Virus record (IMG/VR): IMGVR_UViG_3300024249_000004
Coordinates: 1 to 41,836 of that record
Reading direction: 5' to 3' (one strand)
Length of the DNA stretch: 41,836 nucleotides
Source: a virus
Taxonomy: Duplodnaviria; Caudoviricetes
Below, piece after piece: positions 7,864 to 16,354 of this stretch. Positions within the stretch are counted from its first letter, which is position 1. Every line of letters starts with the position of its first letter. The translations under genes were made by a program, and so were the position numbers. The notes beneath the pieces are model-generated. The model worked only from the letters and a program-made list of their open reading frames with translations, did not search any database and was not told the origin of the DNA.

Positions 7864-9480
7864 ATGGGGCTCTATGACTTCCTCGCCGACGCGCCTGAGG
7901 GCTCGGACCAGAGCTATGACGCGCTACAGATGCGGCGGAAGATCGCAACTGAATTAGCCGCGCAGAAGCGCCCCTACGCGAGCAACATCGGCGAAGGCAT
8001 CGCCTCAATGGGCGATAGCTTCGCAACCGCGATGAACCTGATCGCGCTCGACCGGCAAGCGAAGGCGTTCGCCGCTGACCAATCCAAGGCCGTCGCCGGC
8101 ATGGGCGGGCTGCCGCCGCCGGGAGCACCGCCGCCGGCCTCTGCCGCGCCGTCCCCCGCGCCGTCCCCCGCGCCGTCACCCGAGCCGCCCGCGTCGCCGC
8201 CAATCGCGCCGGCGCCGATCACGCCGCAGGGCGACGCGCCGATGTCACAGTCGGCGATCGATGCCGGCGCCACCCAGGACGAGGTCAATGCCGCGCGGAT
8301 GAAAGTAGCGTCGGCGCTGACCAACCAAGGCTTACTGTCGCGCGATACGATCGGCGGGCAGCAGCCGCAGCCGTTGATGGCGCCGCCCGCAAACGAACGG
8401 CTGGTGGCGAGGCCGCCGGCCGACCGGGGCACGCCGCCGGTGACGACCGATATTCCGAAGGCGCCGGCGGCGGGTACGTTACCCTCACAAGAACCGATCC
8501 CGCCCAACCAGCCGCCGCGCGTGCTCAAGCCGCTGCCGTCCGCGCCGCCGATCGTGCCGTACTCGCCGGAGCAGCAACAAGCGTTCGCCGTTATGACCAA
8601 CCCGCGCTTCAAGGGGTCGCCGGCCGAGGCGGCGGCGAAGGAAGTGTTTGCCAACTGGGAGAAGCGGCGCACCCTGTTGCAGGAACAAGCCACCAATCAA
8701 TACAACTTTGACCGCGAGCAAAACGCCAACGCCGAAGAAGGCAACCGCAAGGATTACTTCGGCAATCCGACCGCACGCATCAATCTCCAAAAGACCGCCG
8801 CGGAAATCCGCGCCCAGGAACAGGACATCGAGCAGAAGCAGAACGCCTTCGACAAGGTCGAGGTCGGCGGGCGCACCTATCAGCGCCCGAAGGGCGCCGC
8901 GCCTGACGTACCGTTTACCGAGGTGCCGGGCACCGGCGGGCCGCAACTAACTGAGAAGCAAGGGTCGATCGTGCGCTCGTTCGAGCGCGGCCTTCGCGCC
9001 AGCGAATACCTGGGCGACGCCAAGGAGCTTGCCGGCTTTACCGGCGGCCTGAACGCCGCCGCAGGCTACGGCGGCGCCGCCGGGCGGGCGGTGCAATCCG
9101 ACGTCTACAAGAACAAAGTAGACGCCATGAACTCGTGGGCCGAGGCCTTCCTGCGCGACGAGAGCGGGGCGCTGATCGGCGGCCAGGAGAAACTCGACAA
9201 GATCAGAACCTTCTTCCCCACGCCCGGCGACGGGCCTCAGCAGATCGCGCTCAAAGCGCAACTGCGCGCGGTGCAGGAGAAGAGCGTCTACGACAGCATG
9301 GGCACGGCGAAGCCGCACCTCGACGCCATCATTGACGACCGCAAGGCGCGTGCGGCGCCCGGTGTTGCCGAGAATAGCTGGCGCTTCAGCGCCTCCACCG
9401 GCCGCGCCCAGATCATGCACAACGGTCACTGGGAGGACCCGGTGCCCGGTGAGAAACCCCCCGCCAGGACCGCAAACTAA
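7864..9480 (+). CDS. Putative ejection / internal virion protein
   Basis: 538 aa, Pro-rich linker, LRDESGALIG...FFPTPGDGPQQIALK motif, syntenic with ejection proteins. Confidence 0.65.
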   Translation: MGLYDFLADAPEGSDQSYDALQMRRKIATELAAQKRPYASNIGEGIASMGDSFATAMNLIALDRQAKAFAADQSKAVAGMGGLPPPGAPPPASAAPSPAPSPAPSPEPPASPPIAPAPITPQGDAPMSQSAIDAGATQDEVNAARMKVASALTNQGLLSRDTIGGQQPQPLMAPPANERLVARPPADRGTPPVTTDIPKAPAAGTLPSQEPIPPNQPPRVLKPLPSAPPIVPYSPEQQQAFAVMTNPRFKGSPAEAAAKEVFANWEKRRTLLQEQATNQYNFDREQNANAEEGNRKDYFGNPTARINLQKTAAEIRAQEQDIEQKQNAFDKVEVGGRTYQRPKGAAPDVPFTEVPGTGGPQLTEKQGSIVRSFERGLRASEYLGDAKELAGFTGGLNAAAGYGGAAGRAVQSDVYKNKVDAMNSWAEAFLRDESGALIGGQEKLDKIRTFFPTPGDGPQQIALKAQLRAVQEKSVYDSMGTAKPHLDAIIDDRKARAAPGVAENSWRFSASTGRAQIMHNGHWEDPVPGEKPPARTAN

Positions 9481-11700
9481 ATGGCTGACGATTGGGTTAT
9501 CGTGCCGCCGGCATCGCCGGCACCGACCGCGGCCGCGGCGAGCGTGGCGCCGTCCGACTGGACGGTCGTACCCCCGGGCGGCGACGCCAACACGCCAGTT
9601 ACGGGTGACAAATATCAACAGGCTGCCGCCGCAGAACTGGCGGCGTTGGATAAAACCAATTCGGCGCCCTCGACCGGCTACGGCGCCCGCGCCATGCGCG
9701 GCGCCACCCTGGGGTGGAACGATGAGCTACGCGCCGCAATCTCGACGCCGCTCGAAATGTATCGCCACGGCGTCGCCAGCCCAATCGAAGGCTATCGTTA
9801 CGCCAAAGCGGTCGAGGACGCGCTCGGCCGCCGCACCGATGAGAACACCGCCGGCGTCGGCGGCACCCTGGCAGAAATAGGCGGCGGGCTGGTTACCGGC
9901 GCCGGGGCCTTTGGCGGCGCCGCGCGCCCCACTGTCGCGACAGTCAGGCAGGCGCTGCCGCGGGTCATGGGCACCGGCGCGGCGCTGGGCGGCGTTGCCG
10001 GCGCCGGCAATGCCCAAACCCTCGCGGATGTGCCTACGGAGGCCGGCAAGGGTGCCGCAATGGGCGCGATCCTGTCGGGCGCGCTGGGCGTGCCGGGCGC
10101 CACCGGGCCGGGGCGCATCCCCTTCACCCACGCGGCGGTGCCCGAGACGATGGTCAATGTCGGGCGCCGCGCCGTGCAGGGCGGCATCGTCGGCGGCACG
10201 CTCAATGCCGCCCGCAGTGACACCCCCGACGACATCCCCGGCAACTTTGCGGCGGGCGCGGCCGGCGGCGCGATCCTCGGTGGCGCCCTGCCGCTGGTCG
10301 GGCCGGTCGTGTCGCAAACGGCCCGCACCCTGCAAATGCCGCGGCTGCGCGATCCTGAAGTCATCGCCACCCGCGAGCTTGCCGACGTGACGCGCCGCGC
10401 TCGCATGTCGCCGCAGGAGGCAGCCGACGAGGTGGCCCGCGCCCACGCCGCCGGCCAGGGCGAGTACACGCTCGCGGATGCGCTGGGGATCGAAGGCCAG
10501 CGCAAGCTCGCCGCCATGCGCAAGACCCCGGGCAGCCAGCGCGACATCATCACGGACTACCTGACACAGCGTAATCTCGACATGCGCCCCAATGTCGGCG
10601 CCCGCGTCGGCGAGGCGCTGGGTGCCCCGCAATCGGCGCTGCAGGCCGAGGAGGCCTTGCTGGGTCAGGCGCAGGCCCAGGCCGCGCCGCTCTACCGGCA
10701 GGCCATGCAAGTGCCGGTCACGAGCCCGCAGCTTCGTGAAATGCTCGACCTGCCCGTCATGCGCGCCGGGCTCAGAGCCGGCCTGGAGCAGCAGGAAATG
10801 AGCACGGCGGGCACTGCCCGGCCGTTCCTGCCGATCCACGCCGCCGTGGTCGGCTACGACAATGCCGGCATGCCGATCATCCGAGGCGTGCCCAACATGA
10901 CCACCCTGCACACCGCCAAGGTCGGCCTCGATAACATGATCGACAGCGCGGTTAACCCGGCGACCGGGCGGCCCAACATCCAGGGCCGCGCGCTGATGGC
11001 GCTGCGGAGCAACTTCCTCAACCAGATCGACCAGATGAACCCGGCCTATGCCGCGGCCCGGCGCGCCTATGCCGGGCCGATGCAGGTTCGCGACGCCGTC
11101 GACACTGGCGTGGACATGGCGCGCCGGGGCCGCCCCGGCGACACCGTGCCGGCGTTCCAGGCCATGCCGCAGGCCCAGCAGCAGGGCGCCCGCATCGGCT
11201 ACGCCGACGCCATCCGCGACCCGCTGGAGCGCGGCGGCAACTATCCAAACATCCTGAAGCAGAAATCACAAAAGGGCGTCGACGAGCTTAACGCGCTCTC
11301 CCTGCATCACGGCCCCTATCAGCCCGGCCGCGCCGATCCGCTGCGCGAGTATTTGAACCGCGTCGAGACCATGGGCGAAACCTCGAAGGCGGCGCTGGGT
11401 GGCTCGCCCACCGCCGAGAACCTCGCCGACATGGCGGACACGGCCGGCACCATGCAGGCGCTCGGCCTCGCCGGGCACGCCGTCACCGGCAATCTGCCGG
11501 CCGCCATTCGCAGCGGCCTCGGCCTCGCGCAGGCGATCGGCCGCGGCGAGAACGAGGCGCAGCGCGTCGCCATAACGCGCATGCTGCTCGCCAACGACCC
11601 GGGCGCGGCGCGGGCCGTGGCGGCGCGGATCAACGCTCACAATGCGCGCTACAACGCGCCGCCGCCGGCGCGGCCGTGGTCGCAGTTCTTTCAGCCATAG
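9481..11700 (+). CDS. Putative large ejection / internal virion protein
   Basis: 739 aa with Gly/Ala-rich hydrophobic segments (GATLGWNDEL, GAALGGVAGAG). Directly abuts the previous gene. Confidence 0.7.
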   Translation: MADDWVIVPPASPAPTAAAASVAPSDWTVVPPGGDANTPVTGDKYQQAAAAELAALDKTNSAPSTGYGARAMRGATLGWNDELRAAISTPLEMYRHGVASPIEGYRYAKAVEDALGRRTDENTAGVGGTLAEIGGGLVTGAGAFGGAARPTVATVRQALPRVMGTGAALGGVAGAGNAQTLADVPTEAGKGAAMGAILSGALGVPGATGPGRIPFTHAAVPETMVNVGRRAVQGGIVGGTLNAARSDTPDDIPGNFAAGAAGGAILGGALPLVGPVVSQTARTLQMPRLRDPEVIATRELADVTRRARMSPQEAADEVARAHAAGQGEYTLADALGIEGQRKLAAMRKTPGSQRDIITDYLTQRNLDMRPNVGARVGEALGAPQSALQAEEALLGQAQAQAAPLYRQAMQVPVTSPQLREMLDLPVMRAGLRAGLEQQEMSTAGTARPFLPIHAAVVGYDNAGMPIIRGVPNMTTLHTAKVGLDNMIDSAVNPATGRPNIQGRALMALRSNFLNQIDQMNPAYAAARRAYAGPMQVRDAVDTGVDMARRGRPGDTVPAFQAMPQAQQQGARIGYADAIRDPLERGGNYPNILKQKSQKGVDELNALSLHHGPYQPGRADPLREYLNRVETMGETSKAALGGSPTAENLADMADTAGTMQALGLAGHAVTGNLPAAIRSGLGLAQAIGRGENEAQRVAITRMLLANDPGAARAVAARINAHNARYNAPPPARPWSQFFQP

Positions 11701-11714
11701 AAGGGATCACTACT

Positions 11715-12884
11715 ATGCCAAGAGACGGCAGTGGCGTGTACAGCACGCCCCCAGGCACCCACGGCACGCCGAACACGACCATTCTAAGCGCCGCCTACAA
11801 CAACAACGTCGACGACGTCGCGGTCGATCTTAATACGCCGCGGCCGATCGTGGCTGGCGGCACCGGGGCGACTACTGCGGCCGGCGCCATGGCGGCCCTC
11901 GGCGGCGTGCTCAAAGCCGGCGACAGCATGACCGGGGCACTGCAAATCAACCCGGCGCATGCGCTGCCTGGACAGTGGCCACTGCACGTCTACGGCTCCA
12001 ATACAGCGTCGCAATCGTTCGGCGTGCTTATTGATGCCGGCATCAACGCCACCGATCAGGCGCTCCTCGTGCGCGATAACACCGGCACCAAAAGCTATTT
12101 CTACGTCACCGGAAGCGGCGTGGTTACCCTGCCGCAGAGCAGCGCCCCGAACCTTTTGATTAACACCACCGGATCGCGCGGCTCCAACGCCAAGGTCTGC
12201 CTGCGCTACGACAACAGCGCCGTGAGCGCGCTCGAAATAAGCACCAGCGGCACAGCCGATGCCGGTGGTTCTATTCTGTCGTTCATGAATAGCCGCGACG
12301 AGCAGTGGAGCTATAGCTGGGCGGGTGGCACGCAAACGCAGATAAACGTAAACGGTAAGTTTAACTATACGGGCACCCTTAACTGCGCCAGCCTGACGGC
12401 GACCGGCGGCGGAAACAGCGTTATCTCCGTTCCCAACGGCGCCATCACGGTGGCCGGCATCATCCTCACAACCAACACCGCCCTCAAGCCCGGCGGCGGG
12501 ACGTGGGCTGATAGTTCTGACGCGCGCACAAAAACCGTGCTCGGCGACTATCAGCACGGGCTGGCCGAGATCACGCAGCTCAATCCGGTTCGCTACCAAT
12601 TCAAAGGCAACGACGGCAAACCTGCCGCGGGCGCCAAGCCCGGCGACGCGCCGGTCACCTCTCCGCACGGCGCGGTAGTCGATCAGGAGTTCATCGGTCT
12701 GGTGGCGCAGGAGGTCGAACCCGTCATGCCGGAAATGGTAAGCCAGCACGACGGCTACATCGACGGCGAGCCCGTGACCGACATGCGTGAACTCGACACG
12801 ACGCCGCTGATCTTTGCGCTCGTCAACGCGGTGAAAACGCTCGCGGCGCGCATCGAAGCGTTAGAGGGGACAGCGCGGCGATGA
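11715..12884 (+). CDS. Tail fibre / spike with C-terminal intramolecular chaperone (peptidase S74)
   Basis: MPRDGSGVYSTPPGT N-terminal anchor, RPIVAGGTGATT, GDSMTGAL, and SSDARTK...LNPVRYQFK...GLVAQEVE...LVNAVKTLAARIEALE. Confidence 0.85.
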   Translation: MPRDGSGVYSTPPGTHGTPNTTILSAAYNNNVDDVAVDLNTPRPIVAGGTGATTAAGAMAALGGVLKAGDSMTGALQINPAHALPGQWPLHVYGSNTASQSFGVLIDAGINATDQALLVRDNTGTKSYFYVTGSGVVTLPQSSAPNLLINTTGSRGSNAKVCLRYDNSAVSALEISTSGTADAGGSILSFMNSRDEQWSYSWAGGTQTQINVNGKFNYTGTLNCASLTATGGGNSVISVPNGAITVAGIILTTNTALKPGGGTWADSSDARTKTVLGDYQHGLAEITQLNPVRYQFKGNDGKPAAGAKPGDAPVTSPHGAVVDQEFIGLVAQEVEPVMPEMVSQHDGYIDGEPVTDMRELDTTPLIFALVNAVKTLAARIEALEGTARR

Positions 12885-13060
12885 CCGTCGCCGGGGTGAA
12901 GGAGACGATCGAGGCGCTGCGGGGGACGCCGTTCCTGTTGGCGATCGTCATCCTCAATGCGCTCGTCATCGTCTCCATGGCGCTGACCTTGTATTACGTA
13001 GCCAACGCGATCGAGCGCCGCGACGCGCTGATCCGGACCTGCCTGGAGCGCACCACATGA
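12881..13060 (+). CDS. Small single-TM membrane protein (lysis cassette); not in the ORF track
   Basis: MTVAGVKETIEALRGTPFLLAIVILNALVIVSMALTLYYVANAIERRDALIRTCLERTT (59 aa), ATGA overlaps on both sides. Confidence 0.75.
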   Translation: MTVAGVKETIEALRGTPFLLAIVILNALVIVSMALTLYYVANAIERRDALIRTCLERTT

Positions 13061-13260
13061 TCCAATTGCTTATCTATCTGGCAATCTTCGTCATCGTCGC
13101 CGCGCTGATCTATTGGATTTTGCAGCAGTTCCCGCTGCCGCCGCCGATCGACAAGCTGGTGATCGTCATCTTCGTGGTAGTCTGCGTCATTGTCCTGGTC
13201 AGCATCCTGCTGCAGGTTGGCGGCGGCGGCGGGCCGTTGCGAATGCCGAGGTTGCAATGA
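13057..13260 (+). CDS. Two-TM small membrane protein, holin candidate
   Basis: 67 aa with two hydrophobic helices, directly upstream of and overlapping the endolysin start. Confidence 0.7.
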   Translation: MIQLLIYLAIFVIVAALIYWILQQFPLPPPIDKLVIVIFVVVCVIVLVSILLQVGGGGGPLRMPRLQ

Positions 13261-14354
13261 CGGTAATTTGCCTGTCAGCCGGGCACTCAGCCAAGTGCCC
13301 CGGCGCCGCCGACATCATCGATGAGTTCAACGAAAACAAGATGGTCGTGCGCGCGGTCGCCGCCAAACTCAAGGCGAGGGCGGGCTGCAAGTGCTACTCG
13401 TTCGTCGACATGACGTCACGCGACCAGAATACGAACTTGAATACCATCGTCGACTGGCACAACAGCATAGCTCGCGATCTGGATGTCTCCATCCATTTCA
13501 ATTGCAGCGACCAGCATACGGCTAATCCCCTCGGCACCGAGGTGCTCTACGTCACGCAAAACGACTTGGCCGGCAGATTGTCCGCAGCCATTGCCGGCAG
13601 CAGCGGTCTGATCGATCGTGGCCCGAAGCTGCGAAATGATCTGTTTTTTCTGAACAACACGGAAATGCCGGCGGTTCTGATCGAGGTCTGTTTCGTCGAC
13701 AGCGAGGCCGACTGCGAACTCTACGCCGCGCATTTCAACTCCATCTGCGAAGCCATCGCCGGGGTACTCTCAAACGGCCAAGGCAATGCGACAGCATCCT
13801 TGCTGGACATCACCGGCAAAGTGTCGAGCTTCGGCGGCCCCCTCGACACCGGCGTGGCGCCGGACGAAGGCCTCGCCTTCATCCATGAAATAAGCGACCA
13901 GCCGGCCCTGTTCCTGCCGGCGCAGCCGGCCGGCACCACCGGCCTCGCGCGCCGGCTCGACCCGGCAGTTGACTACGTCGCCTGCCGCTGGGATTACGAC
14001 GTCACGCCGCGGGACATGCTGCTGCGGGAAAAGGCCTGGGTCGGATACCCGGACGGGCGCGGCTACCGGGCCTACCCGGCGGACTGGGGACCACATGTCG
14101 ACACCAACCGCATCGCCGACATTTCCCCTGGACTTATGCACCGGCTCGGGATGGTGACCGACGACATCGTGCGAGTGATCTTCCCTTTCCCCAAGGACTT
14201 CACCGAGCAGCCGCCGCCGCCGATGCGGCCGCCGATGCGGCCGCCGCTGCCGCCGCGCGTCTACGTCAACATCGAGACCACGCCCGGCATCAACGTCGGG
14301 ATCAGCATCAACGGCGAACCCATACTGTTCGATCTCGATGATGACGAGGATTGA
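13257..14354 (+). CDS. Endolysin: N-acetylmuramoyl-L-alanine amidase (Amidase_3) plus a second C-terminal domain
   Basis: Zn and catalytic motifs LSAGH, IDE, VSIHFN, AVLIEVCFVDS. Start reassigned to ATG 13257. Confidence 0.85.
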   Translation: MTVICLSAGHSAKCPGAADIIDEFNENKMVVRAVAAKLKARAGCKCYSFVDMTSRDQNTNLNTIVDWHNSIARDLDVSIHFNCSDQHTANPLGTEVLYVTQNDLAGRLSAAIAGSSGLIDRGPKLRNDLFFLNNTEMPAVLIEVCFVDSEADCELYAAHFNSICEAIAGVLSNGQGNATASLLDITGKVSSFGGPLDTGVAPDEGLAFIHEISDQPALFLPAQPAGTTGLARRLDPAVDYVACRWDYDVTPRDMLLREKAWVGYPDGRGYRAYPADWGPHVDTNRIADISPGLMHRLGMVTDDIVRVIFPFPKDFTEQPPPPMRPPMRPPLPPRVYVNIETTPGINVGISINGEPILFDLDDDED

Positions 14355-14434
14355 CATAGCTGCGCAAATCACGGCTTGCTCCCAATGCCGTGCGTAACGG
14401 TGCGTTCGTTAGTAGTGTCTGTAGTGTTCAGCGT

Positions 14435-14479
14435 ACGCCCCGGCCGTGGGTCCCCCCTCCGGCCGGGGCGTTTCGCTAT
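14435..14479 (+). terminator. Strong hairpin, probable terminator of the late/lysis operon
   Basis: ACGCCCCGGCCG-13 nt-CGGCCGGGGCGT followed by TTCGCTATT (weak U tract). Confidence 0.55.
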
Positions 14480-14731
14480 TCGAGCCGCGAGCAAAACAGC
14501 ATCAATCCGACGACGGCCGCACCCTGGGCGGCGGCAGCGGCGCCGCCGGCATAACCGCAAGCCGCGATAGCGCCCGCGCCTAGGACGAGAAGCACCGAAA
14601 ACCGCAGCATGGATACGCTTCCGTGCTAAGCTGCAGAACGCACCGACGCGCCCGAGAAAGGGGTCCATCTCGGGCGCGCCTATGGCCGGCGGCATAGCGT
14701 GGGCAGCACGCGCCGCCGGTCAATTACGTTA

Positions 14732-15361
14732 CTAAACTCGCGAACGGCGACGCCGTTGCAGAGCCCAAACCCCTATACAAGCCGATAAAATACCGGACAA
14801 GCCGGCGCCCAGGGCAGGGGCTGGAACCGCCGCAGCCGCAACGTCGACCCGGTAATGCTCGAAGTCGGTAATGGTGCCGCCGACGTCGACCAGCGCGAAC
14901 CTGTTGATGGTTTCGCCGTTGATGGCGCTCAGAGTGAAGCCGCTCTGCGCATTAAGGTCGAGCAGCCCGAGATCGAAGGTGAACAGCTTGGTCGTGCCGT
15001 TCGGCTCGTTCGCGGTCACGAACGCCGTCACGTCGCCGGTCCCCTTCAAACTGAAGACATCGGTCAGGGTCGGGATCACCACGCCCGCGAGGCTGAACAC
15101 CTGAATTTGCAGGTTGTTAGTACCGGTAATCTTGATGTCGTTGCCATTGGCCGCCGCCGTGAACAGCGGATTGCCGGACAGGTCGGTGAAATCGACAACA
15201 CCGGTATGCTGGCCATTGAACGAGCCGAGGGCGAGCGAGCCGATCAGGCTGTTAAAGATCACATTATCGCCGGTGCCGGAAAGATGCGTGTCGAGGACGA
15301 TATCGGCATAGGCCGGAGCCGAGAACAGAAGTAACGCAGATGCTAACAGTAACTTATGCAT
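14732..15361 (-). CDS. Secreted protein with PEP-CTERM/VPxP-CTERM-like sorting signal
   Basis: Sec signal peptide MHKLLLASALLLFSAPAYA. C-terminal VPAPALGAGL, TM helix and RRRRSRV basic tail. Confidence 0.85.
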   Translation of the reverse strand: MHKLLLASALLLFSAPAYADIVLDTHLSGTGDNVIFNSLIGSLALGSFNGQHTGVVDFTDLSGNPLFTAAANGNDIKITGTNNLQIQVFSLAGVVIPTLTDVFSLKGTGDVTAFVTANEPNGTTKLFTFDLGLLDLNAQSGFTLSAINGETINRFALVDVGGTITDFEHYRVDVAAAAVPAPALGAGLSGILSACIGVWALQRRRRSRV

Positions 15362-15391
15362 AGCTTGTCGCCTTTCTGGGTTGTGCAGCGC

Positions 15392-15715
15392 CTAGTGAAC
15401 CGGTCCGGTCGTCTCGGGAATAGTATCGCCGTAACGCGCAATTTCCTTCAGCATCATTCCAAGCAGCCTGGATACCGTCGCATCGTCCAGATTGCCGGCC
15501 ACGACCGGGCCAACGATACTGTCCAAAACGAAATGCGCGCCAGCGAAGAACGCCCCGCGGGCCAGATTGGTCGTGTACGCGCTGGTTTCCGTAGGTTTGT
15601 GACATAGCATGCTCACGAAGAAACCTGCTTCCAGCACCCGGCTTTCCGCCATCAGGTCACGCACGCGCTCTGTCACCTCTTGCTCGGTCATCATGGCCGG
15701 ACCCCTTCTCGCCAT
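15392..15715 (-). CDS. Hypothetical protein
   Basis: Coupled (TGATG) to the upstream ORF; contains a RGAFFAGA motif. Alternative start at 15693. Confidence 0.7.
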   Translation of the reverse strand: MARRGPAMMTEQEVTERVRDLMAESRVLEAGFFVSMLCHKPTETSAYTTNLARGAFFAGAHFVLDSIVGPVVAGNLDDATVSRLLGMMLKEIARYGDTIPETTGPVH

Positions 15716-15924
15716 CAGCGCGTGAGTAGAAAGCTCAAGAGCAACTGCACCCGCGTCTCGATCATCGACAAATCCGACATATGCCGCAGCAGCACGCCCC
15801 GGTGAAGCGGATCGAGCGCCATTTCATTGAGCCGGCGGAAGATTTCATTGGATACGCGCAGGCTCTTAGCGATGGCCTCGGCGTCGGTTATTTCGTCCAG
15901 CGGCGCCGCCGCAACGTCGTCCAT
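15715..15924 (-). CDS. Hypothetical protein
   Basis: Strong RBS (GGAGGAG), 69 aa, helical composition. Confidence 0.7.
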   Translation of the reverse strand: MDDVAAAPLDEITDAEAIAKSLRVSNEIFRRLNEMALDPLHRGVLLRHMSDLSMIETRVQLLLSFLLTR

Positions 15925-16010
15925 AGCGTCTCCTCCAGGCAGGCGTAGATCAGCACGGCGAGGGCGACCGTCTCGATCGCCGCCACCACTTCGATCAGCG
16001 AAAGCATCAT
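15888..16010 (-). CDS. Possible 40-aa membrane peptide
   Basis: MMLSLIEVVAAIETVALAVLIYACLEETLWTTLRRRRWTK with TAAGG upstream. Overlaps the next gene by 37 bp. Confidence 0.35.
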   Translation of the reverse strand: MMLSLIEVVAAIETVALAVLIYACLEETLWTTLRRRRWTK

Positions 16011-16105
16011 GGCACGGAACCTTATTTCACAATTGCTGTAATATCCAGCGATAGTGCAAATTCCGCCGCAGCAAAACCGGTTCCCCACAACGCGGTAAAC
16101 CAAAT

Positions 16106-16354
16106 ATGAAAGCCTACGCAATGAATTCCGTAGCCGACATAGTGGACGCCCTCGGCGGCACTTCGATGACCGCGGGGCTCCTGCATGTCAGTCCGCAGGC
16201 AGTCAGCAACTGGCGGGCGCGCAATGCATTTCCCGCCCATACCTACGTGCAACTGCACGCCCGCCTCGCGCTTCTCAACCTGACGGCGCCGGACAAGCTG
16301 TGGAAGATGCACCCGCAGCAGTGGCGGCGGAAGCCGCCGGGGCAGGGTCAGTAA
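16106..16354 (+). CDS. Cro-like HTH DNA-binding protein
   Basis: IVDALGGTSMTAGLLHVSPQAVSNWRARNAFP is a typical Cro/YdaS-like HTH. Start 16106 or 16121. Confidence 0.85.
   Translation: MKAYAMNSVADIVDALGGTSMTAGLLHVSPQAVSNWRARNAFPAHTYVQLHARLALLNLTAPDKLWKMHPQQWRRKPPGQGQ

Noticed and set aside
9727-10911. Long antisense ORFs (also 11784-12749, 28828-29670, 31453-32520)
   Set aside because: Expected shadows of GC3-rich genes; no motifs or RBS.
14376-14570. Val-rich leader peptide / attenuator ORF
   Set aside because: No RBS, it reads through the hairpin, and there is no downstream + strand gene to regulate.
14355-14731. attP site or tRNA gene
   Set aside because: No integrase in the genome and no cloverleaf or T-loop consensus recognised.
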